Origin: an uncultured Gaiellales bacterium
GTDB lineage: Bacteria > Actinomycetota > Thermoleophilia > Gaiellales > Gaiellaceae
DNA: 64,000 bases
NCBI GenBank assembly: GCA_964581085.1
Contig: CAZOMP010000006.1
Coordinates: forward strand, 85,189-149,188
Direction of reading: 5' to 3'
Part shown: in pieces, positions 42,505 to 52,368 of the stretch
How positions within the stretch are numbered: the stretch's first letter is position 1
Layout of the letters: each line of letters opens with the position of its first letter
Program-made: the position numbers and the translations under genes
The notes under the pieces: model-generated
What the model saw: the letters and a program-made list of their open reading frames with translations, nothing else
The model's database searches: none
Told to the model about the DNA's origin: nothing

Positions 42505-43169
42505 CTCTCGTCTCCCCCCGGGCCGCCCGTGGCGAGCGCCACGCCGAAACGGCTGGCTGTCACGGCAGCCACGTCTGCCACCGTCGCACCATCGAGCAGC
42601 TCGGTGAGGACGAGGGCGTGGTCGACAACGCGGAAGACGCAGCGCTCGGTGACGATCACGTCCACAACGCGCGCAGCGGTGAGCGGGTAGGTGCAGCTCT
42701 CGACGACCTTCGGCTCCCCCGCCGATGTCGTCGCCGTCATCGTCACGATGACGCGGCGCGCGCCCACGACGAGATCCATGGCGCCGCCGACGCCGAGGAC
42801 GTCCTTGCCCGGCACGGCCCAGTTGGCGATATCGCCTTGGCAGGAGACCTGCAGCGCGCCGAGCACGGCGACGTCGACGTGGCCGCCGCGAATCATCGCG
42901 AAGCTCGTGGCGCTGTCGAAATACGACGCACCCGGCAACGCTGTCACCGGCCGTTTCGCCGCGTCGATCAGGTCCGGGTCGAGCTCCGCCTCGCCGGGCC
43001 GGGGCCCGACCCCGAGCAGGCCGTTCTCGGTGTGGATGAACACGCCGCTCTCCTCACGAAGGAAGCCGGGGATCAGGTTGGGGATGCCGATGCCGAGGTT
43101 GACGACCTCGCCCGGCTGCAGCTCCTGCGCGGCTCGGCTCGCGATCACCTGTTTCGCGTCGCCGGTCAC
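42501..43169 (-). CDS. 3-oxoacid CoA-transferase subunit B
   Basis: [12 protein letters not shown] catalytic Glu, GGAMDLV. Confidence 0.93.
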
Positions 43170-43825
43170 TGCCGCACCACGAGTCGGTCGACGTAGACGT
43201 GGGGGGTCGCGACCGCCTCGGGCTCGATCCCGCCCGCGGGAAGCAGCTCGCCGACCTCGGCCACGGTCAGGCGAGCGGCGGTCGCCATGGCCGGGTTGAA
43301 GTTGCGCGCCGTGCGCCGATACCAGAGGTTGCCGAGCACGTCGCCTCGAGCCGCGTAGACGAGGGCGACGTCCGCCCGGAGCGGCTCCTCGAGCACGTGC
43401 GGCACTCCGTTGATCAGCCGCTCCTCCTTGCCGGCGGCGAGCACCGTACCCGCGCCGACGGGCGTGTAGAAGCCGCCGATGCCCGCGCCGCCCGCCCGGA
43501 TCGCCTCGGCGAACGTTCCCTGGGGGAGCAGGGTCGCCTCGAGCTCACCGGCGTTGACGGCCGCCACGGCTTCCGGGTTGGAGGTGAAGTACGACGAGAT
43601 CCCGCGCCGGATCCGTCCCTGGCGCAGCAGCTTGCCGAGGCCGCGGCCCGGCTCGCCGATGTTGTTCGAGACGATCGTGAGGTCGGTGGCGTCCGATGAC
43701 TCGACGAGCGCGTCGATCAGGGTCAGCGGGGCGCCGACGAGGCCGAAGCCGCCGACCATGATGCTGTCGCCGCTGCGCACGCAGCCGACTGCCTCCTCCG
43801 CGCTCATCACCGTCCGCACCGTCAT
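43166..43825 (-). CDS. 3-oxoacid CoA-transferase subunit A
   Basis: MVGGFG, PQGTFAEAIRAGGAGI, ARNFNP. Confidence 0.93.
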   Translation of the reverse strand: MTVRTVMSAEEAVGCVRSGDSIMVGGFGLVGAPLTLIDALVESSDATDLTIVSNNIGEPGRGLGKLLRQGRIRRGISSYFTSNPEAVAAVNAGELEATLLPQGTFAEAIRAGGAGIGGFYTPVGAGTVLAAGKEERLINGVPHVLEEPLRADVALVYAARGDVLGNLWYRRTARNFNPAMATAARLTVAEVGELLPAGGIEPEAVATPHVYVDRLVVRQ

Positions 43826-43889
43826 GGGCCAATTCTGCACGGGACCGATGGCTACACCCGAGGGACGGCCGCACCCGTAGAGTCCCGAC

Positions 43890-44528
43890 ATGGACCTCGT
43901 CGACCCCGCGGCGGAACGCTACGCGATCGCGCACACCTCGCCGCCTGACGCCCACCTCGCATCGGTGCGTGCGGAAACGGAGGCGACGATGCCGGACGCC
44001 GGCATGGCGGGAGGGCGGGTCGAGGCGAAGCTGCTCGAGATGCTCGTTGTCGCAACGGGCGCTCGGCGGGTGCTCGAGATCGGGACGTTCACCGCGGTCA
44101 GCGCCCTCTCGATCGCGTCACGGCTGCCGGAGGGCGGGAAGGTGATCACGCTCGAAGCCGACCCCGAGCATGTCGAGATCGCGCGCCGTAACATCGCGGC
44201 CAGCGCCTTTGCGGAGCGGATCGAGTTGATTCCAGGCGACGCGCTCGAGACGGTCGCGTCGCTCGAGGGCCCGTTCGAGGTCGTCTTCATCGACGCCTGG
44301 AAGCGCGACTACCCGGCCTATTTCGAGGCGGCGCTGCCGAAGCTTGCGTCAAACGGGGTGATCGTGGCCGACAACATGCTCCGCAGTGGCACCGTGCTCG
44401 AGGAGGAGCCGGCGGAGCTAGAGGCGCGCGTGCTGAGGCAGTTCGCGGCCGATGTACTCGCAGATCTGCGCGTCGACAGCGCCCTGCTGACGGTCGCCGA
44501 CGGGCTGCTTCTCGCCTGGCGACGCTGA
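43890..44528 (+). CDS. class I SAM-dependent O-methyltransferase
   Basis: LEIGTFT, FIDAWK, ADNML. Confidence 0.9.
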   Translation: MDLVDPAAERYAIAHTSPPDAHLASVRAETEATMPDAGMAGGRVEAKLLEMLVVATGARRVLEIGTFTAVSALSIASRLPEGGKVITLEADPEHVEIARRNIAASAFAERIELIPGDALETVASLEGPFEVVFIDAWKRDYPAYFEAALPKLASNGVIVADNMLRSGTVLEEEPAELEARVLRQFAADVLADLRVDSALLTVADGLLLAWRR

Positions 44529-44556
44529 ACGCCAGGCGCCTGACATCCGTGCGCGG

Positions 44557-44712
44557 CTAGCCCTCGCCGGCATAGGTCGTCGCCGATCCCGTCGAGCGCC
44601 GCAGGGCGGGCAAGCGGCAGGCCGCTCGCATCGCGGTTGGCCTCCCAGCATCTCCGTAGAAGGTCTCAGCTACCCGGCGGGCGCGAACGCCCATCGCCAT
44701 GACGAGGTTGAA
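44557..44712 (-). pseudogene. frameshifted C-terminal remnant homologous to the 51196..52368 gene
   Basis: About 120 bp aligns with 51241-51363 (NLVMAMGVRARRVAETFYGD vs NVVMAMGVRARWVAETFYGD) with a 1-nt deletion. Confidence 0.8.
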
Positions 44713-44779
44713 GTATCGGACATGCCTGCGCGAGTCGTGAGTACCGCTGGCTCGTGGCCGCTGTACGTCGGCGTCGATC

Positions 44780-46414
44780 CTAGGAGCCATCCGGATCGCG
44801 CCACGACGTGACGACCGCCAGTGGTGTCGTGTGCGGAACTCGGTAGACCTCCCGCAGAGCTCGGATGGAGAGCACCGCGATTGCGCGAAGATCGTCGTCT
44901 CCATCGGGCTGAAACGTCCGGTAGAGGTTCTGATCTGCAAGGTCGGGCGGGTTCCAGCCGAGGTCGAGCAGCTCACCGACTTGGTCGCTCGTCAGCTTGT
45001 CCTCGTCCTCGAGGTACATGTTGTGGACCGCCTCGCAGAACAGGCCGCCACGGTCGGCGGCGAACTGCACGTAGTAGTTCCGCGCGGGGTCCGCACGGAT
45101 GACGACGAACTTCTCGCGGTAGTCCTCGAGGTCGTGGTAGGCCATGAGTCGGCGGAGGGCGGTCACGATCGCGAGGCGCTCGATCTCGTCGACCTCGCGC
45201 TCGAGTTCGGCGGCCATCGGGCTCTTGCTGATGTCTCTGAAGACAGTCGCGAGCGTCCGGTAGTACCAGAGCTGATCGGACTCGGGCTTGAACCGCCTCC
45301 AAAGCTCTTCCCCGTGCGTGCTGAGGTCACGGGTGATCGCCCGGGCGTTGTGGAGCTTGTCCGCCAGGGAGACCCGAATCACGGATGGTTCTGCGTCGCG
45401 CAGGTGTGCGATGTAGCGCTCTTTGCGTTCCCGCCACGGCGGCTTTGGATCCTCGTCGGTGTCGCTCGTCCCAGAGACGATGTCAGCGACCTCGGTTCCG
45501 AAGGTCGTCCGAATCTGCTCGAGCATGGGAGCGCCTCCCCCGTCTTCGACCGCGTCGTGGAGCAGCGCCGCGATGGCCTCGTCCTCGCTTCCGCCGTCTT
45601 CGAGCACAAGCGAGGCGACGCCGAGCAAGTGTGCGACATACGGGATGCGGGTCCCCTTCCGGGGCTGCGTGCGGTGGACACCGAGTGCGAGCGCGACTGC
45701 CCGCTCGAAGCGTGGCCCGAGGGCCAGCGGTGCCACCTCCTGATCGGACGGAGGGAATCTCTCGAGCGCCTCCTCGACCCTGTGCGCGCCGTCGTCACCT
45801 CCCCGTGCGAGCGCGACCTCGAACGCGAGCACCGACGCGACGATCCCATCGGCGTCGGCGAGTGCTCCCTCGGCGATCGCAGCTGCCTCGCGGAAGCGGC
45901 CCGCGCGGCGGACGATGTCCGCTCGGAGGGCAGACTGTTCGATCGCGTTCTCTCGGTCCGGCGCACCGGCGATGCCGGCCCTCTCAAGCAGTTCGGCGGC
46001 GCGAACCCGATTCATCACGGCGCCGGATTCATCGCCCTCGTCGTCGCATACCCAGGCGGCGTTCAAGGCAAGCCACCCGGCCGCCGCAAGCTCATCAGCA
46101 TCCTCTGCGACGAGCGACGCCCGCGTGAAGCGGCGTGCGAGCCCGTTGGAGCTCGCCCCCAGTCCGACATCGACGTAGCGTGGGCTTCTCAAGGTGTGGT
46201 TGGCCGTTGCCGGTGCTGCGGCAAGATCAGGAGCGCAGTACGTGCAAGAGGGGCACTCCTGGATCTGGGCCCACAGGGTCGACCGCTCCATCTCTGCCGG
46301 CCGGAGATCGAGGTCAGGGCCGCCACCAAGGGTGTTCGTACTCCCGATGACGTTCTGCATCGACGTCGCTCCGCAGACGGCGCAGTCGACATCGATCTCC
46401 ATCACCGTTGTCAC
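44780..46414 (-). CDS. fusion: DUF2225-like Zn-ribbon/TPR + Mesh1/SAH-like HD hydrolase + YbjN/T3SS-chaperone-like C-terminal domain
   Basis: CAVC..PDLDLRP..CPSC; HRTQPRKG..PYVAH..LLHDAVED..ADKLHN; YYVQF...EAV...LLDLGWNPP. Confidence 0.75.
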   Translation of the reverse strand: MTTVMEIDVDCAVCGATSMQNVIGSTNTLGGGPDLDLRPAEMERSTLWAQIQECPSCTYCAPDLAAAPATANHTLRSPRYVDVGLGASSNGLARRFTRASLVAEDADELAAAGWLALNAAWVCDDEGDESGAVMNRVRAAELLERAGIAGAPDRENAIEQSALRADIVRRAGRFREAAAIAEGALADADGIVASVLAFEVALARGGDDGAHRVEEALERFPPSDQEVAPLALGPRFERAVALALGVHRTQPRKGTRIPYVAHLLGVASLVLEDGGSEDEAIAALLHDAVEDGGGAPMLEQIRTTFGTEVADIVSGTSDTDEDPKPPWRERKERYIAHLRDAEPSVIRVSLADKLHNARAITRDLSTHGEELWRRFKPESDQLWYYRTLATVFRDISKSPMAAELEREVDEIERLAIVTALRRLMAYHDLEDYREKFVVIRADPARNYYVQFAADRGGLFCEAVHNMYLEDEDKLTSDQVGELLDLGWNPPDLADQNLYRTFQPDGDDDLRAIAVLSIRALREVYRVPHTTPLAVVTSWRDPDGS

Positions 46415-46745
46415 CTCGGCCCCCTTTTTCCGGCTGAAGACTATCGCTTCAGCACGTCAGCTTCGGGCTGCGTGTCCCTTACGGCGCTTCGGGGCCGAGG
46501 AAGAACTCGTCGACGGCGTCCCACGCGGCTGGCGCCGTCTGTGGTTCGAAACCAAGCGCAGCAGCGGCTTCGGATGCCGGCGGAGACGTATCCGCAGTTC
46601 GGAAGAACGCCGTGGCCGAGACAGCTGTTACGGGATAAGTGGCAAGAATCGAAACATGCGAGACAGGGCGATAACCACGGAAACCCTGCAATCAGCATCG
46701 ATGCCCGATATCTTATAACCACTTCTCCTGACAGAACAGGGTTTT

Positions 46746-48254
46746 ATGGACGGAAAAGCTAACAAACTGCCGACAGATGAGATCTTCGCGGCTGCGGGAT
46801 TGCAGGATGCTGCTGGAGCGGCGGCGAGGCGTGGCAAGCTACGCCGCATCGTTCAGGGCGTCTACACACGTGACCTGACAACGCCCCTCGATGTCCTCGT
46901 GCGCACCCGCCTCTTCGAGGTCGTGGCGGCCGTACGGCCTGGAGCGGTGATCGCGGACCGATCAGCTGTGCTCGGAGGCAAGCCAACAGCCGACAACCTT
47001 CTCTTCCTCGTCCACGACAAGATTCCGGATGTCACCTTGCCCGGCGGCATCGTACTGCGTTCTCGGCGCGGAGCCGGGGCTCTTCCGTCCGACCTGGCAC
47101 TGCCGGACGGTCTGCACATGAGCGGGCAGGCACGAACTGCGCTGGAGAACATGGTTCGAAGCCGATCTCGTGGCGGCCGGACTGCTCGTACGCTTTCACG
47201 GAGCGAACTAGAGACGTGGTTGGACCGCCTGGTGAACCGGGAAGGCGACGACTGGGCGCGGAATCTCCGCGACACGGTGCACGAAATCGCCCCCGCGCTC
47301 GGGCTCGAGCGTGAAGCCACCGAGCTCGATTCGCTTCTCGACGCGTTGCTCGGCACCCGCACGGTCAAGGCCTCTTCCCCCGAACTCGCCGCGCGCCAGC
47401 GTGGTATGCCCTACGACGCGGCTCGCGTAGCCCTGTTCGATCAGCTCTTCACGCAGCTCGCCACGACCGCACCGCCGCCCGCGCTTGCCTCGAGCGGCGA
47501 GCCACGTGAGAACACACTGCCGTTCGTTGAGGCGTACTTTTCGAACTTCATCGAAGGAACGGAATTCACGTTCGAGGAAGCCGCCGCGATCGTGTACGAC
47601 GGCGACGAACCCGAGAACCGCCCTGCGGACGCGCACGACATCCAAGGCACGTACGTGATCACGTCAGACATGGCTGAGATGCGCCGAACACCCACGAGCG
47701 CAGACGACCTGATCGACCTTCTTGAGCGACGGCACACCACGCTGATGGCTGGCCGACCGGAAAAGCGGCCAGGTGAGCTCAAGGTGCGGGCGAACCAGGC
47801 CGGCTCGACGCTCTTCGTGGCGCCGCGCCTCGCGCGGGGCACGCTGAAAGAGGCTTTCGCACGGTACGCCCAACTCGACGATCCCTTCGCGCGCGCCGCC
47901 TTCGTGATGTTCTTCGTTTCCGAAGTTCACCCCTTCGACGACGGCAACGGTCGAATCGCGCGGATCATGATGAACGCCGAACTCGTCGCCAGCGGGTTAG
48001 TGCGAATCGTGATCCCGACGGTGTACCGCAACAACTACCTGATGGCGCTCCGCGGGCTGAGCCACAACGGCAACACCGGGAGCTACATCGCCATGCTCTC
48101 CTTCGCTCAGCGCTACACCGCCCAGCTCGATTGCTCAACACTCACGACGGCTCAGGCGGATCTGTCCCGAACGAACGCCTTCACTGACGCGGTCGAAGCC
48201 GATGCCCACGGCGTACGACTCGTCCTTCCCTTGAGCGTGGACACGCCGATCTAA
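46746..48254 (+). CDS. Fic family protein with AbiEi-like N-terminus
   Basis: HPFDDGNGRIAR catalytic motif; SNFIEG inhibitory motif; GKLRRIVQGVY N-terminus. Confidence 0.88.
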   Translation: MDGKANKLPTDEIFAAAGLQDAAGAAARRGKLRRIVQGVYTRDLTTPLDVLVRTRLFEVVAAVRPGAVIADRSAVLGGKPTADNLLFLVHDKIPDVTLPGGIVLRSRRGAGALPSDLALPDGLHMSGQARTALENMVRSRSRGGRTARTLSRSELETWLDRLVNREGDDWARNLRDTVHEIAPALGLEREATELDSLLDALLGTRTVKASSPELAARQRGMPYDAARVALFDQLFTQLATTAPPPALASSGEPRENTLPFVEAYFSNFIEGTEFTFEEAAAIVYDGDEPENRPADAHDIQGTYVITSDMAEMRRTPTSADDLIDLLERRHTTLMAGRPEKRPGELKVRANQAGSTLFVAPRLARGTLKEAFARYAQLDDPFARAAFVMFFVSEVHPFDDGNGRIARIMMNAELVASGLVRIVIPTVYRNNYLMALRGLSHNGNTGSYIAMLSFAQRYTAQLDCSTLTTAQADLSRTNAFTDAVEADAHGVRLVLPLSVDTPI

Positions 48255-48299
48255 AGCGCGGCGACTGTCCTTCGACGAATCACGGAGCAGGTTGCCAGG

Positions 48300-49205
48300 A
48301 TGGATGTTGGGAGAGATCGATATCGCGGAGCACTGCTGGGGCTGGCCACCGGCGACGCCCTTGGAACGACAGTCGAGTTCGCCGCACCGGGGACGTTCGA
48401 GCCGCTCACCGACATCGTCGGCGGCGGCCCGTTCGGGCTCGCCCCCGGCCAGTGGACCGACGACACCTCGATGGCGCTCTGTCTCGCTGAGAGCATCGTC
48501 AGCGTCGGCTGGGATCCAGCCGACCAGATGCGTCGCTACTGCGACTGGTATCGCAAGGGGCACCTCTCGAGCACCGGCAGCCTCTTCGACATCGGGATCA
48601 CGACGCGCAGTGCGCTCGAGCGCTTCCTCGAAGACGGCGAACCGCTCGCAGGGCCGACTCACCCGCGAACCGCCGGCAACGGATCGATCATGCGGCTCGC
48701 CCCCGTCGCGCTGCGATACGTCAACGAGCCGGAGCTTCTGGGTGATCGTGCAGCGGAGTCGTCGAGGACGACTCACGGCGCCGCGGTTGCGGTAGATGCC
48801 TGCCGCTTCATGGCGTCGCTCCTCGCCGATGCGCTGCGCGGCGTGCCGAAGCGCGAGCTCCTGGCGGCTTCTCGCTATCCGGCGGCGACGGTCGAAGTCT
48901 CCGCCATCGCTGCCGGTTCATTCCGGGCGAAGAGCCGACCCGATCTGCCGGCGAGCGGATACGTCGTCGATACCCTCGAGGCCGCCCTCTGGGCACTCGA
49001 GAACAGCGACGACTTCCGCACCGGGGCGCTCCTCGCTGTGAACCTCGGGAACGACGCGGACACCACCGGCGCCGTGTACGGCCAGATCGCAGGTGCTGTC
49101 TACGGCGTCGGGGGGATCCCCCAGAAGTGGCGGGAGCGCATCACACTGGCGCCTACGATCATCGACCTCGCCGACCGCCTGTTCGATCTCGCCCATGCCA
49201 CCTGA
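48300..49205 (+). CDS. ADP-ribosylglycohydrolase (DraG/ARH family)
   Basis: GDALG, GQWTDDT, GNGSIMR, GNDADTTGAV. Confidence 0.95.
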   Translation: MDVGRDRYRGALLGLATGDALGTTVEFAAPGTFEPLTDIVGGGPFGLAPGQWTDDTSMALCLAESIVSVGWDPADQMRRYCDWYRKGHLSSTGSLFDIGITTRSALERFLEDGEPLAGPTHPRTAGNGSIMRLAPVALRYVNEPELLGDRAAESSRTTHGAAVAVDACRFMASLLADALRGVPKRELLAASRYPAATVEVSAIAAGSFRAKSRPDLPASGYVVDTLEAALWALENSDDFRTGALLAVNLGNDADTTGAVYGQIAGAVYGVGGIPQKWRERITLAPTIIDLADRLFDLAHAT

Positions 49206-49410
49206 CGCGATCGTCCCCGACTCCTACTGGGTCACGAACGGCTTGGCTGCCGGGCCCTATCCTGGCGCGCTCGACTCGACGGTCGCCGCTTCGCGAATCG
49301 AGATGTTTACCGCAGCCGGTGTTCATCTCTTCGTCGATCTGACGACGCCCGCCGACGGACTCGAGCCTTACGCGGATCTCCTCGAGCCGTCGGCTGCCCC
49401 TTCCCATATT
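49195..49410 (+). pseudogene. N-terminal remnant of a dual-specificity/tyrosine phosphatase
   Basis: SYWV..GLAAGPYPG...AGVHLFVDLT...LEPY; no HCxxGxxR loop follows; frame runs into the next gene. Confidence 0.65.
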
Positions 49411-49479
49411 CCAGCGGTACCCAGAATCGCCACAAACCCGCGAACAGATGCAGTACGTACACGCCTGGAGGCCCGGACG

Positions 49480-50109
49480 ATGACCGCACAGCGCCTTGAC
49501 AACGCATTTCTCGACGCAACAGCCGACTTCGCCGACGTTAGGCGCGGACTCGAGGAGCTGTGGCGACTGGTACGCGATGCTCTCCAGCCCGAAGACGATC
49601 AGGCACTCGGCCTCTTGCACGTAGGCACGGACGCAGACGTCCCCTGGGCGCACACCAACGCCGGCGAGGACAGAGTCAACCTCACGATCGAGCTTCCACC
49701 CGACGCGATCGAGCTGAACGTCGTCGGGTGGAAGGAGACGCAAGCCGACGCGCTCAAGAACTGGCTTCAGTCAGTTGCCGGCGAGAAGACGGTCGCGACC
49801 CTCGACGGCTACGAAGTGGTGGCCTTCGCGCGCGTCGCCTACAAGAAGACGCCGTCGAGCCGCCCCTGGTGGCAAGACGAGACAATCACCGAGCTCGGCC
49901 GAATCGCCGCTCCGCAATGCGACACCCGCTGGGTGACGCAACAGGTTCTCTCACTCGGCCACAAGAGCGAGGTGAAGCCGGCCTTCCACATCCGGCGACG
50001 CTGGACGCGGGACTTCGCCACGGACCTCGGCGACGAGCTTCCGGCGGCGCTCGCCGCCGAGGTCGTACGGCTCATGCCGATCCTCCGTGCGATCTGGGCA
50101 ACCAGCTGA
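49480..50109 (+). CDS. hypothetical protein
   Basis: GGAGG RBS before ATG 49480; 209-aa globular-looking ORF; no family recognised. Confidence 0.65.
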   Translation: MTAQRLDNAFLDATADFADVRRGLEELWRLVRDALQPEDDQALGLLHVGTDADVPWAHTNAGEDRVNLTIELPPDAIELNVVGWKETQADALKNWLQSVAGEKTVATLDGYEVVAFARVAYKKTPSSRPWWQDETITELGRIAAPQCDTRWVTQQVLSLGHKSEVKPAFHIRRRWTRDFATDLGDELPAALAAEVVRLMPILRAIWATS

Positions 50110-50115
50110 GCTCAT

Positions 50116-50343
50116 TCAGAGCCACTCAGGATCGCCGAAGGCATCGAGGCACGCATCCCTGAAACGCTTGTCGAATGCGTGAGCCGACGTGCGATCCAGT
50201 AGAAGCATCGAGAGATAGCTCCCGTTTACCGATTCGACGAGGACGCTTACCTCGCCTCCTGCATCGGAGCGACTGACAAACGAGATTCGCTCGCCATCGA
50301 ACGTCGTCGTGACTGGGCCGTATGTCTTGTCGTCGTGCGCCAT
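50116..50343 (-). CDS. small hypothetical protein (75 aa)
   Basis: GGAGGT RBS; MAHDDKTYGP...FGDPEWL. Confidence 0.6.
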   Translation of the reverse strand: MAHDDKTYGPVTTTFDGERISFVSRSDAGGEVSVLVESVNGSYLSMLLLDRTSAHAFDKRFRDACLDAFGDPEWL

Positions 50344-50465
50344 CGCGAACACCTCCGTTGATCGTTTGGGAGGAAGATCGCGTAAGCCGCGACAACAATG
50401 GGCGCGTCGACCGAGAGCCCGAGAGCGTCGGCAGCACTGAACCTGCCGAAGTTCGAGAGATTTCG

Positions 50466-51149
50466 TCAGTCGCGTTCGACGAACGCTTCCGAGCTGTTGT
50501 GGAGCGCGTCATCGCCGGCCTCGGCGAGTCCGCGGATGAAGGCGGCGACGACGGCTGCGACGGCGGTGTCCTCTTGGCCGTCGGACTGCTCAGCAAGCCG
50601 CTCGACGCGCTCTGCGGTAGCGATCGCGTTCTCGAACCGGCCCGCCCTGCGCCAGACGTCGGCTGACAACGTCAGCACGACTTCGTCGTGCGCTTCCGTC
50701 GCCGCCTCGGTGAGCGCACGACCGAACATCTCCGCCGCCCGCTCGCGGCAGATTCGCGCGGCGTCTCTGGCGTCCTTGTCGTCGCACGCCCACGCTGCTT
50801 GCAGGAACCGCCACGCGGACTCTTCGAGGGCACCGGCGGCCTCGCTGACAAGCGCAGCGCAGAAGTACGAGCGAGCAAGCCGCGGGAGCCGCGACCTCTC
50901 CAGGACCTCGCTGTACACGGTCGACTCGACCGTCTCGCGCGCCCCGACCGGCGCCTGCCCGAGTGAGGGCGCGCAATAGCCGCACGCCTCACAGCGCTGG
51001 ATCTCGAATTCCAGCGCCCACCGTGCCGGCCCCTGGGGGCGGAGGTCCAGGTCGGGCGGTCCGAACGAGCTCGTGCTCGACAGCACGGCACGCCGTGACA
51101 GGCTCCCGCAGACGGCGCAGCGAACTTCGATCTCGTGGAGGGTCGTCAT
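50466..51149 (-). CDS. DUF2225-like Zn-ribbon/TPR protein
   Basis: CAVC...PDLDLRP...CEACGYCAP, AAWACDD, ADVWRRAGRF; paralog of the 46414 N-terminus. Confidence 0.8.
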   Translation of the reverse strand: MTTLHEIEVRCAVCGSLSRRAVLSSTSSFGPPDLDLRPQGPARWALEFEIQRCEACGYCAPSLGQAPVGARETVESTVYSEVLERSRLPRLARSYFCAALVSEAAGALEESAWRFLQAAWACDDKDARDAARICRERAAEMFGRALTEAATEAHDEVVLTLSADVWRRAGRFENAIATAERVERLAEQSDGQEDTAVAAVVAAFIRGLAEAGDDALHNSSEAFVERD

Positions 51150-51195
51150 GCCAACGTGTCCTCTCGCCGAGACGCGGCTCTTACGCCCAGGCTGA

Positions 51196-52368
51196 TCATG
51201 CGTCCTCAAGGTCGTCGAGGAAGAGGTCGCCGGCGAGGAAGTCAAGAGCGGCCGGGCGAGCAAGAGGTACGCCACTGGCGTCGCGGTTCGCCTCCCAGTC
51301 GTCTCCGTAGAACGTCTCGGCGACCCAGCGGGCGCGGACGCCCATCGCCATGACGACGTTGAGGAGGTCGCCAGGGCCGACGTGCGCGATGTTCGGCAGG
51401 AAGGTCGTGAAGTGCAGGCCCTCATCGCGCCAACACCAGGAACCGAGCAGGTGCGCCCGGGTCAGGGAAGAGAGCTCGCGCCGCGTCAGCTCCGCCGCGA
51501 ACCGCACCCCGTCGCGCTCGTCGATGTTCATGGGCAGGCGGAGCGCGAGCAGGACGCCGTTGCCGAGCTGCGGGTTGCGCTCACGCGTGGAGACGGTGAG
51601 AAGCGAGGTGCGGCTCTGGAACGGGAACTCGGCGCTGAGGCCGCTCGCTCCCCCGAACGTCAGCACCGAGCCGCCGCCCTGTCGCAGGATCGACGTCGTC
51701 CACTCAATCTCCTCTCCCTCCCAGGCAGACGGACGCTCGCCAGCGGGTGCGACGACGTACTCGAGCACGTTGAGCATGTCGTCGAGATCGGCGCGGGCAC
51801 CGGAGCGTGGGTGCGCGCTCGCCGCGACCGCGGCACCCGTTGCCTCAGCGAGGTCGGACGCCTTGATCTGGGCGTCGGCGGCCTGGATCGCGCAGGCGAG
51901 CTTGAACGTCTGCGTCACCCAGCCAGCCGTCTCCTCGTGCACGTACATGCTCGAGGCGAGAGACACCGTCCCGGCGTCGGCGTCGATCAGATAGCCGCTC
52001 GTGGTCGCGCACGTGGCGCAGACGTTGAGCTTGGCGAGGTTCTCGTCGGTCGGGTCGAAGTCGCGCAGCAGATCCGTGCGCGCGTGCAGCCGGAAGATCT
52101 CGAACCCGTCGTCATCGAGCGCCGGGTCCGACCAAACGTGTTGCGCGAGATCCCTTCCCCACCAGTCGAAGCCGCGCTCGGTCTGGACGCTCCACTCCTC
52201 GTCGAGGGTGAACGCGTATCCGACCTCGTCGACCAGCCACACCCCGAGGTCATCCTCGCGCGGCTCCCAGGGAAGCCCCCCGGGCCGGCGATCCGCATCC
52301 TTGTGCTTCTCTGCGCTCACTTCGGCCTCCTCAGCGGTTGTCGTTGCTGACCGCGTCATCTCTGCCAC
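51196..52368 (-). CDS. hypothetical protein, possibly two YbjN/T3SS-chaperone-like domains
   Basis: 390-aa ORF; motifs LAKLN..ATTSGYLID and SAEFPF...NPQLGNGVLLALRLP. Confidence 0.65.
   Translation of the reverse strand: MAEMTRSATTTAEEAEVSAEKHKDADRRPGGLPWEPREDDLGVWLVDEVGYAFTLDEEWSVQTERGFDWWGRDLAQHVWSDPALDDDGFEIFRLHARTDLLRDFDPTDENLAKLNVCATCATTSGYLIDADAGTVSLASSMYVHEETAGWVTQTFKLACAIQAADAQIKASDLAEATGAAVAASAHPRSGARADLDDMLNVLEYVVAPAGERPSAWEGEEIEWTTSILRQGGGSVLTFGGASGLSAEFPFQSRTSLLTVSTRERNPQLGNGVLLALRLPMNIDERDGVRFAAELTRRELSSLTRAHLLGSWCWRDEGLHFTTFLPNIAHVGPGDLLNVVMAMGVRARWVAETFYGDDWEANRDASGVPLARPAALDFLAGDLFLDDLEDA

Noticed and set aside
46420..46745. Coding remnant in the spacer between the HD fusion and fic
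   Set aside because: No frame gave a recognisable protein; treated as divergent promoter region
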